From assembly GCF_050920415.1 (NCBI RefSeq), contig NZ_CP169309.1: a stretch of 64,000 bases of DNA. One strand, given 5' to 3'. Shown here piece after piece: positions 55,268 through 62,757 of this stretch. Source of the DNA: Escherichia coli. GTDB taxonomy: Bacteria > Pseudomonadota > Gammaproteobacteria > Enterobacterales > Enterobacteriaceae. The translations under genes were made by a program, and so were the position numbers. The notes beneath the pieces were generated by a model. The model was not told where the DNA came from, ran no database searches, and worked only from the letters and a program-made list of their open reading frames with translations. Position 1 is the stretch's first letter. Each line of letters begins with the position of its first letter.

Positions 55268-55296
55268 AGATTCTGCAGACACTGTCTGCAGAATTC
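55268..55296. repeat. perfect 11-bp-arm palindrome ATTCTGCAGAC-ACT-GTCTGCAGAAT between convergent nanQ and yhcG
   Basis: Read directly; same family as the three palindromes inside yhcG (core CAGAC-N3-GTCTG). Confidence 0.8.
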
Positions 55297-55309
55297 GAAA
55301 CCGCTGAAA

Positions 55310-56437
55310 TTAACGGCGTCTATAGCCTTCCTCTAGCACCGCTTGTGTTCGAACGAGTTCATCCGCGAGTCGTTTTTCATCAGGTAGTTGCATCTTATAT
55401 TCGCTTGCCAGAACGGTGTTAGGCAAACCAGCCAGTGCATAATGTGCTTCTCCGACTCCTTTTTCTGCACAGAGAACCAGACCGATGGGCGGATTTTCAT
55501 CCGGTAGCGTCCAGTGCTCTTTGGCGTAGTTGAGATACATATTCATCTGTCCGGCATCGCTATAGCTGAATTTGCCCACTTTTAGATCGACGATTAGCAG
55601 GCAGCGTAAACGGCGGTGGAAAAACAGCAGATCGACACGAAACCAGTTGTCATCAATGCGTAACCTTCGCTGTCGACCAACAAAGGCAAAATCATCCCCA
55701 AGTTCCAGCATGAAATCCATCAGGTGGTTGATCAGCGCCTCCTCAAAATCGGATTCTGAGTATTCATCTTTCAATTCCAAAAATTCGAGCACAAAGGGAT
55801 CGCGTATCGCCTGTTGCGGAAGAATATGCGTCTCGGCAGGGGCGTGTTGTTGCAGCATGGCTGATTTGTCATATGACAGTAGTGTCCGCTCATAAAATTG
55901 GGTCGCAATTTGCCGCTCTAGCTGGCGGACAGACCAACCACAGCGGAGCGCCTCTTTTTCATAAAAGCTGCGGGCGTCAGCGTTTTTAACGGAAAGTAGA
56001 CGGACGTAGGTGGACCAGGGCAGTGGGAAGGATTTGGCAGACAGCGTCTGCCAAATCTTTGCCGATGGGAATTCTGCAGACGGTGTCTGCGGAATTCCCA
56101 ATGGTGTTAATTCGCCAGACACTGTCTGGCGAATTTCAACATGTTGAAAAAAGAGGTAAAAAAGCCTCATTTGGCGTAAGTTTTTTGCAGAGAACCCACG
56201 CTTATACCTTAGACTTAAATCCTTTGAGAGCCGTTTGATAAGCTGTGCACCATAAGCCGCTCTGGCCTCGCCGCCTTGTTCAAATTCGACAATCCGTCGA
56301 CCAATTTCCCAGTATGTCGCGGTCATTAACGCGTTAACGCTACGTACCGTTTCCGTGCGGGCGCTATCGACCAGGTGAATAATACCGTCGTGGATTTGCT
56401 GGTAGCCTGCTGTGGTTCCTTCTGAGAGCGATTCCAT
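55310..56437 (-). CDS. yhcG: DUF1016-family protein with predicted PD-(D/E)xK nuclease fold
   Basis: 375-aa ORF; the motif LIVDLK resembles a PD-(D/E)xK core; contains three tandem 13-aa repeats encoded by DNA palindromes. Confidence 0.85.
   Translation of the reverse strand: MESLSEGTTAGYQQIHDGIIHLVDSARTETVRSVNALMTATYWEIGRRIVEFEQGGEARAAYGAQLIKRLSKDLSLRYKRGFSAKNLRQMRLFYLFFQHVEIRQTVSGELTPLGIPQTPSAEFPSAKIWQTLSAKSFPLPWSTYVRLLSVKNADARSFYEKEALRCGWSVRQLERQIATQFYERTLLSYDKSAMLQQHAPAETHILPQQAIRDPFVLEFLELKDEYSESDFEEALINHLMDFMLELGDDFAFVGRQRRLRIDDNWFRVDLLFFHRRLRCLLIVDLKVGKFSYSDAGQMNMYLNYAKEHWTLPDENPPIGLVLCAEKGVGEAHYALAGLPNTVLASEYKMQLPDEKRLADELVRTQAVLEEGYRRR
56026..56131. repeat. three tandem ~28-33 bp palindromes at ~39-bp period inside the yhcG coding region
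   Basis: GATTTGGCAGAC-AGC-GTCTGCCAAATC (56026..56053), GGGAATTCTGCAGAC-GGT-GTCTGCGGAATTCCC (56063..56095), AATTCGCCAGAC-ACT-GTCTGGCGAATT (56105..56131). Confidence 0.8.
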
Positions 56438-56596
56438 TATCTGTCCCTTTATATGGCGCTGCGTTGAATAATGGGATCAGCTATACGCCGGGCATCTGCC
56501 GGTAACAATCCAGGTGGGCTTGTTACATGGGTTTTCTTCACGTTATGCGAGGCGCTTTCCAGCAATTGTGCTGTAACGTTGTGCTGAAGATGAAGC

Positions 56597-56630
56597 AAAT
56601 AAAAAGGCCGGAGCGGGCGCATCCGACCAG
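56597..56630 (-). terminator. putative rho-independent terminator downstream of the vWA gene (end of five-gene operon)
   Basis: Minus-strand reading GGTCGGA-TGCGCCCGC-TCCGGCC followed by TTTTTATTTG; stem includes one G-U pair. Confidence 0.55.
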
Positions 56631-56635
56631 AATTT

Positions 56636-57805
56636 TCAGGAAGTTTCTCTTGCTGTCACTACGCCATTTTGCGCAGCCCACAGATTCACATCTTCCTTAC
56701 GAATGGCGGCGGCCATCATGCCGGGGAATAAATCAGGGGTACAGGCAAAGGAGGGAATACCCATGGCGGCGAGTTTTCCTGCCAGTGACCGGTCGTAAAA
56801 CGGTGCGCCTTCGTCGCTTAAGGCCAGCAGGGTAACCACCTGTACGCCGGACTGAATCAACTCACTGGCGCGTTGCAACAGATTGCGTTCCACACCACCT
56901 TCGTAGAGGTCGGAAATCAGCACCAGAATGGTATTACGCGGATCGCGAATCAAAGACTGGCAGTAACCTACCGCGCGGTTGATGTCGGTGCCGCCGCCCA
57001 GCTGCACGCCAAACAGCAGCTCTACCGGATCGTCGAGCTTCTCTGTCATATCAACCACTGCGGTGTCGAAAACCACCAGATGCGTTTTTACCGCCGGGAG
57101 CGATGCCATTACTGCGCCAAAAATACTGGAATAGACCACCGAGGAGGCCATCGACCCACTCTGGTCGATACATAAAATGATCTCCTTTTGCGTGCGTTGA
57201 GACTTGCGCCCGTAGCCGATTAACGTTTCAGGAACAATACTTTTGTACTCTTCCTGCCAGTGGCGCAGGTTGGCGCGAATGGTGCGCTGCCAGTCAATTT
57301 CCGCGTGGCGCGGGCGACGATTACGTACCGCACGATTAAGAGCGCCGCTTACCGCGCTACGCATTGGCTCTTCAAGCTGTTTCATCAATTGCTCGACAAC
57401 TTTACGCACCACAATCCTGGCGGTTTCTTTGGTTTTGGCCGGAATTACGCCATTCAGCGACATCAGCGTGGAGACCAGATGAACATCAGGCTGGACGTTT
57501 GCCAGCATCTCTGGCTCCAGCAACATACTGTGCAAATTAAGACGTTCAAAGGCGTCTTTTTGCATCACCTGAACCACAGAAGAGGGGAAATACTGGCGAA
57601 TATCACCCAGCCAGCGAGCGACTTTGGGTGACGATCCACCCGTGCCGCCGCGTAATCCATGTTTACCGTCTGGCTGATAGAGCGCCGCCAGCGCGGCATC
57701 AATCGCGGACTCTCTGGCATCCAGCGCCACGTTACAGGCATTGTCGGCATCTTCTCCAAGGATCAGACGCCAGCGGCGCAGCCGTTCCATCTCGTTACTC
57801 GACAT
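56636..57805 (-). CDS. von Willebrand factor type A (vWA) domain protein; last gene of five-gene operon
   Basis: 389-aa ORF with MIDAS-like motif D-x-S-x-S (ILCIDQSGSM) and downstream vWA-like hydrophobic strands; overlaps the upstream gene by 11 nt. Confidence 0.8.
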   Translation of the reverse strand: MSSNEMERLRRWRLILGEDADNACNVALDARESAIDAALAALYQPDGKHGLRGGTGGSSPKVARWLGDIRQYFPSSVVQVMQKDAFERLNLHSMLLEPEMLANVQPDVHLVSTLMSLNGVIPAKTKETARIVVRKVVEQLMKQLEEPMRSAVSGALNRAVRNRRPRHAEIDWQRTIRANLRHWQEEYKSIVPETLIGYGRKSQRTQKEIILCIDQSGSMASSVVYSSIFGAVMASLPAVKTHLVVFDTAVVDMTEKLDDPVELLFGVQLGGGTDINRAVGYCQSLIRDPRNTILVLISDLYEGGVERNLLQRASELIQSGVQVVTLLALSDEGAPFYDRSLAGKLAAMGIPSFACTPDLFPGMMAAAIRKEDVNLWAAQNGVVTARETS

Positions 57806-60044
57806 GATTTTCCCTTTCGTGTGGTGGCAAAGCCAGAATGCGGCGCAGTAGCGGCAGCATTAACGCGGCACGCTGTTCATCCCATATACCGCTGGTCTCT
57901 TCTTGCTGCGCGACACGCTCGCCCTGCGCGGCGCGTTCGCCTAACTGGCGGCGTTCCGGGCTGGAAAAACGGCCGAATGTCCGCCGCAGCATCGGCAGGA
58001 TCCGGGTGAAGTGATTGTCGTTCAGGCCGCTTAGCCAGGCATCGATCAACTGCCATAATTCGCTATTGTGCAGTAGCACCATCGCGCTGTCGTTGAGGAA
58101 ACCTTCCGCCCATGCGGCACTTTCCGCCGGGGGATTGGCTGGCGATAGCGCCAGGTTCATCAGCGTGGTGATCCGTTCTGTCGTTAACGTTTGCAGATCA
58201 AACAACAGGCGCGTCGCCGTTCCGCGAAGCAGCGCGTGTGCGGTACTGCCCTCTGCCAGCACCATCAACGCCTGCAACCAGCCCGCCAACAGATCTTCGT
58301 TATCCAGCAACCGCAGCGCGGCGTGAGCGTCGATAACTTTTTCTCTCATACTGGCGGCGCTGTCGTCGTTGAGCGCCGAACAGGCACCGGGTAGGGCGAT
58401 GGCGGCGCGCGGGGCGAGGCTCATCAGTACCTGCATTACCATACCAGAGTCGGTCTGGCGCACGTTGCCGTAGCGGACAATCGCCACCAGCGGTGCCAGG
58501 GCTTCCAGCAACTGTTCGATATTGCCCTGAGTGGCAGCCAGTGATTCCAGTGTATTGGCGATGGGGGCAATCGCGGCCTGTAAATCGGCCAGTAGCACTT
58601 GTTGGATAAGCTTTGCCAGTTCCGGCAGCGTGCTGGCGTATTGCGCCCTCACAATGGCATAGCGGGAGCTGGCCTGCTCAATGCTGTTACCCCAACGGCT
58701 GGCGGTAATGATGTTCATTGCCAGTGCCGGTTCCCAGCGCAGCGACCAGACTTCGTGGAACGTCCCTTTGCTGTTATTTCCTTGTCCAGCCAGACGGCCC
58801 CAGGAAATGTCGAGTAAGGTCAGGCGATGCAGTAAATGGCTACGCGCCAGATCGCCGGGTTTGCGCAGATCAAGATCCAGCACTTTTTCGCTGGCTTCTG
58901 CCTTCAGGCGCAGCGTTTTTTGCTGTTGCGTAATGTCGCGTTGGAGCGGCACGACGGGCGTATCATCCGGTACGCTTCCCAGCGCGTCGCCGACAATTAA
59001 CTTCTGGCGAATCATCTGCATTGGCGCGCTTTCGCCCATACACACTACGGTTTGCAGCGCTTCGCAAAGTTCGTCAAGCCCCGGCTGCGGGTGATGGCGC
59101 ATAATCGCCAGCGTCTGCGCCAGCCGCGCCGCTTCGATAATGTGGGCGCTGGAACAGTCGAGATCGGCTTCGCGAAACAGCCTTGCCGCGCGTGACAGCC
59201 AGCCGATATCGCGGTGAGAAGCGCCCTGATAACGCCACAGATGATCGTACCATTCCGGTGACACCACCCCTGCGCCATAACCGCTGGCGCGGCTTAACGC
59301 CTCGTAGCTCCAGGGCGTCCAGGCTGCCGCGACCTTGCACTTCGGCAAATTTTTCAGCAGTTCGTTATCATTCTTTGCGGGCGGCAGGTTTTCCAGCGCC
59401 GGAACGTGCCACGCACCGCAGACTACCGCGATGCGCGAGAAGCCCTCTTTTTTCGCCTGACGTAGCGTCTTGCGCATATACGCTTCACGCAGTTGATCTC
59501 TGGCTGAGTTTCGGGCTTCGGGAGTTGCCTGGCGTAGGGCAATCATCGCCTCGCGAATCGCCTCGAACAGAGACAAATCATCTTCGCGTTCCTCTACTCT
59601 GTGGCTCCACCAGCTTTCCCCATCGGTGTAACCGGCGGCGCGGCCCAGCCAGTCCAGCGGATCGCCGTCGGGACTGGCTTCAACGGCATCATCGTCATCG
59701 CTCTCTTTTTCGTCATCAAGCGCGAACTGATGACTGATGGGCAAGTCCATAAAGCGCACGGCGATATTTTGCTCAAAACCATAGCGCAGCGCCTGCCATT
59801 CCGGGGAGAACGCCGCAAAGGGGTAAAACGCGGCGTGATGTGAGTCGTCCGGGGCATAAATCAGTAGCGCGACCGGCGGTTGCATCTGTTCATGCTGCAT
59901 GAAAGGCAGGATGGATTCGCCGTCGGGCGGCCCTTCCACCAGCAGGCAGTCGGGCTGTAGCGTCTCCAGCGCCTTTCGCAGGCTGCGCGCGCAGCCAGGG
60001 CCATGGTGACGGATGCCAAACAAATGAACGGTTTGTTCAGTCAT
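57795..60044 (-). CDS. large uncharacterized protein (749 aa), Leu/Ala-rich helical; fourth gene of operon
   Basis: Long uninterrupted ORF with acidic stretch DDEKESDDDDAVEASPDGDP; no motif I can assign by eye. Possibly the DUF5682 family (from memory, unverified). Confidence 0.7.
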   Translation of the reverse strand: MTEQTVHLFGIRHHGPGCARSLRKALETLQPDCLLVEGPPDGESILPFMQHEQMQPPVALLIYAPDDSHHAAFYPFAAFSPEWQALRYGFEQNIAVRFMDLPISHQFALDDEKESDDDDAVEASPDGDPLDWLGRAAGYTDGESWWSHRVEEREDDLSLFEAIREAMIALRQATPEARNSARDQLREAYMRKTLRQAKKEGFSRIAVVCGAWHVPALENLPPAKNDNELLKNLPKCKVAAAWTPWSYEALSRASGYGAGVVSPEWYDHLWRYQGASHRDIGWLSRAARLFREADLDCSSAHIIEAARLAQTLAIMRHHPQPGLDELCEALQTVVCMGESAPMQMIRQKLIVGDALGSVPDDTPVVPLQRDITQQQKTLRLKAEASEKVLDLDLRKPGDLARSHLLHRLTLLDISWGRLAGQGNNSKGTFHEVWSLRWEPALAMNIITASRWGNSIEQASSRYAIVRAQYASTLPELAKLIQQVLLADLQAAIAPIANTLESLAATQGNIEQLLEALAPLVAIVRYGNVRQTDSGMVMQVLMSLAPRAAIALPGACSALNDDSAASMREKVIDAHAALRLLDNEDLLAGWLQALMVLAEGSTAHALLRGTATRLLFDLQTLTTERITTLMNLALSPANPPAESAAWAEGFLNDSAMVLLHNSELWQLIDAWLSGLNDNHFTRILPMLRRTFGRFSSPERRQLGERAAQGERVAQQEETSGIWDEQRAALMLPLLRRILALPPHERENHVE

Positions 60045-60061
60045 AGTGGTTGCCTTGCTGA

Positions 60062-61156
60062 TTACACAATTTCGCGGCAGGCGCGATAGAGATCGTTCCA
60101 GTCGCTGCGCTCTTTGACGATAGTTTCCAGATATTCACGCCATACCACGTCGTCCTGCACGGGATCTTTTACCACCGCGCCGATAAGGCTTGCGGCGATA
60201 TCCCGCGGATGCAGCACGCCGTCGCCAAAATGGCCCGCCAGCGCCATACCGTTGTTGATAACGGAGATCGCCTCCGCGGTGCTGAGAGTACTGGTTGGCG
60301 ACTTAATTTTCGTTTTGCCGTCAACCGTCAGGCCGTTTCGCAGTTCGCGGAAGATTTGCACGACTCGCTGGATCTCTTTAAGCGCTGGCGGTTTGGCAGG
60401 AAGTGCCAGCGCCTGACCCAGTTCGGCGACGCGGCGAGTGACAATGTTAATCTCTTCTTCTTCGCTGGCGGGTACGGGCAAAATGACCGTGTTGAAACGA
60501 CGTTTAAGCGCGGAAGAAAGCTCGTTAACGCCTTTATCCCGGTTGTTGGCGGTGGCGATAACGTTAAAGCCGCGCGTCGCCTGGACCTCTTCATTCAGTT
60601 CGGGGATAGGCAGCGTTTTTTCCGACAGGATCGTGATCAGCGTGTCCTGAACATCAGCAGGAATACGCGTCAGCTCTTCTACGCGTGCAATCTGCCCGCG
60701 CGCCATCGCCCGCATCAACGGACTTTCTACCAGCGCCAAACGTGACGGACCTTTAGAGAGCAACTCCGCGTAGTTCCAGCCATAACGCATTTGTTCTTCA
60801 CCGGTGCCTGCGGTGCCCTGAATAATTAACGTTGAGTCGCCGCTGATGGCAGCCGCCAGATGTTCAGATACCCAGGATTTCGCAGTGCCGGGTACGCCAT
60901 ACAACAGCAGTGCGCGATCGGTTGGCAGCGTGGCAACGGCGGTTTCGATAATCCGCCGGTTGCCGATATATTTCGGCGTGACCTCAAAGCCATTTTCCAG
61001 CTGCCCGCCCAACAGATAGGTGGCGACGGACCATGGAGAAATGGCCCAGTTTTCCGGGCGCGGATGAGTATCGTTTTTTTGCAGCTCATCCAGTTCTTCA
61101 GCAAATTGTTGTTCGGCATGTCGGCGTAAAACGGCGGCAGTAGCGGTAGCATTCAT
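60062..61156 (-). CDS. MoxR-like AAA+ ATPase (AAA_5-type); third gene of operon
   Basis: 364 aa; Walker A LLLYGVPGTAKSW; Walker-B-like IARVEEL followed by IPADVQDTLITILSE (compare MoxR/CbbQ hhhhDE..RAxPxVQxALLExMxE); ATGA overlap with upstream gene. Confidence 0.85.
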   Translation of the reverse strand: MNATATAAVLRRHAEQQFAEELDELQKNDTHPRPENWAISPWSVATYLLGGQLENGFEVTPKYIGNRRIIETAVATLPTDRALLLYGVPGTAKSWVSEHLAAAISGDSTLIIQGTAGTGEEQMRYGWNYAELLSKGPSRLALVESPLMRAMARGQIARVEELTRIPADVQDTLITILSEKTLPIPELNEEVQATRGFNVIATANNRDKGVNELSSALKRRFNTVILPVPASEEEEINIVTRRVAELGQALALPAKPPALKEIQRVVQIFRELRNGLTVDGKTKIKSPTSTLSTAEAISVINNGMALAGHFGDGVLHPRDIAASLIGAVVKDPVQDDVVWREYLETIVKERSDWNDLYRACREIV

Positions 61157-62757
61157 AAAGTGGTTTCTCCGACAAAAAGCGAATTAAGTTGAATTCGGTT
61201 CGCCAGCGCGGCGCTCAGGGCAGTAAAGGCTGCCTCGCAATAAGGCGTTTGTTGTGCGTCGTGCGGCCACTTGTCAATGACATCATTGAGGACTTCGGGG
61301 GCCAGCAGGCAGGCGAAATCACTCATCACATGGCGCAGGGCGTAGTCAAAGCGCGCGGAATCATATTTCACCCAACGGTGTAGCTCCGTGACCATTTGCT
61401 GGCTCAGGCGCAGGCTAAAGAGCGACGCATCCAGCGGTAACAGGCTGATGTAGCGATGTAAATGTTCGCCGCCCACCACTGAGAACAATGACCGTAACAT
61501 CGGCTCGTGTTCTTCTACAGGCAGACATTGCAAAAGCTCAAAGGCGTTAATCTTCACGCCTGCAGGATGATGAATGCTCATTCCGACGGGCAGCATGGCG
61601 AGAAACGCCTGCGCCCACTGCGGATTTTTTTCGCGCAGTACGGCGTGATACCAGGCGCGCAGTAGCGCCTTCTGCCAGTCGGTTTTCCCGGCCCAGCGCA
61701 GCAGTTCAACGGGGGTAGCCTGCAGTTGCGTTTGCCACCAGTCGAGCGGAACCGCTGCAACTATCTGATACAGCCACCATGCGCGCTGGCCCAACTTTTC
61801 GCCTTTGGGCTTAGTTTCTTCCAGCGCATCGGCCTTCCACTCTGGTAAGAACGCCTCCGGGGCATCAAGGGCGACGTGCAGCATTTTTTCTTTGCCGGAT
61901 AAGCCTTTTAGCCTTTCAAGTAAGGTCTCAGGAGCGGGGGATGAACTGAGCAACGGCGCTAACCGAGACTTCATGCGCGAGATCCAGGCGCTTTCCGGCA
62001 GACAACACAGTAACCGTGCCGCAGTTTGCCGCACCTCTTTGCTGCGATCGGATAATGTCTGTTCCAGAAAGGCTTCGTCGTGTTGGGAGATCTCCACTTC
62101 CAGCACAGCCAGCAGCTGTGCGCGTTCGCGGGCATCCAGCGAACTCATCTCCTGCGCCAGCCGATCGCGACCCTGTTCCGGGGCGCGAATGCGCATTTGC
62201 GTCAGATATTGCAGACGCTGTTCGGACGTGCCGTGCAGCCACATTTCTTCATCCAGCGGAGCGTCAACGGAGGCAAGAAAATAGCGCCAGTCGGCGTTAA
62301 TTTGCGCCAGCCAGCGCCCGCGAGCGCCGAGGACATTGGGCAGAATGCCGCGTATTGATGGATTTTGTACGCCGTAATTCAGCAGTGCCGGTAACAGCAG
62401 GGGCGGAGAAAGAAGCTGACGCTGGACCAGGTGATCAAGCGCTGACCACAGTAAACGCGGCGGCCCTTCTGCCAGCAACAGATGCAGCAGTCCCGCAAAA
62501 GCCGGGTTGTTTATTGGCTCGGCATTTTCTTTATCGATTTCCGGCAGCGGTGCGGGGTCAATCGCCTGCGGCACCCAGCCAGCCAGATGGCAGAGCGCCA
62601 GAACGCCCGCCGAGCGCAGTAGCTGTTGCTCTGCGGATGTGTTATTCGCCAGTTCAGACAGTAACAGCCCAATCTCACTTTGCGACGCCGACGGTGTGAA
62701 CGCTTTTTTGTCTGTGCCGAGTAGCGCTGTGCGGGTTAAATTTTGCCATTCGTTCAT
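61153..62757 (-). CDS. uncharacterized protein (~534 aa), Leu/Ala/Trp-rich helical; second gene of operon
   Basis: ORF 61153..62778 in the track; start chosen at the Met whose ATG forms an ATGA overlap with the SWIM gene stop (62754..62757). Possibly the DUF5691 family (from memory, unverified). Confidence 0.7.
   Translation of the reverse strand: MNEWQNLTRTALLGTDKKAFTPSASQSEIGLLLSELANNTSAEQQLLRSAGVLALCHLAGWVPQAIDPAPLPEIDKENAEPINNPAFAGLLHLLLAEGPPRLLWSALDHLVQRQLLSPPLLLPALLNYGVQNPSIRGILPNVLGARGRWLAQINADWRYFLASVDAPLDEEMWLHGTSEQRLQYLTQMRIRAPEQGRDRLAQEMSSLDARERAQLLAVLEVEISQHDEAFLEQTLSDRSKEVRQTAARLLCCLPESAWISRMKSRLAPLLSSSPAPETLLERLKGLSGKEKMLHVALDAPEAFLPEWKADALEETKPKGEKLGQRAWWLYQIVAAVPLDWWQTQLQATPVELLRWAGKTDWQKALLRAWYHAVLREKNPQWAQAFLAMLPVGMSIHHPAGVKINAFELLQCLPVEEHEPMLRSLFSVVGGEHLHRYISLLPLDASLFSLRLSQQMVTELHRWVKYDSARFDYALRHVMSDFACLLAPEVLNDVIDKWPHDAQQTPYCEAAFTALSAALANRIQLNSLFVGETTL

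Noticed and set aside
56023-56238. 71-aa plus-strand ORF antisense to yhcG
   Set aside because: It is the mirror translation of the palindromic repeat block; the palindromes guarantee open frames on both strands.
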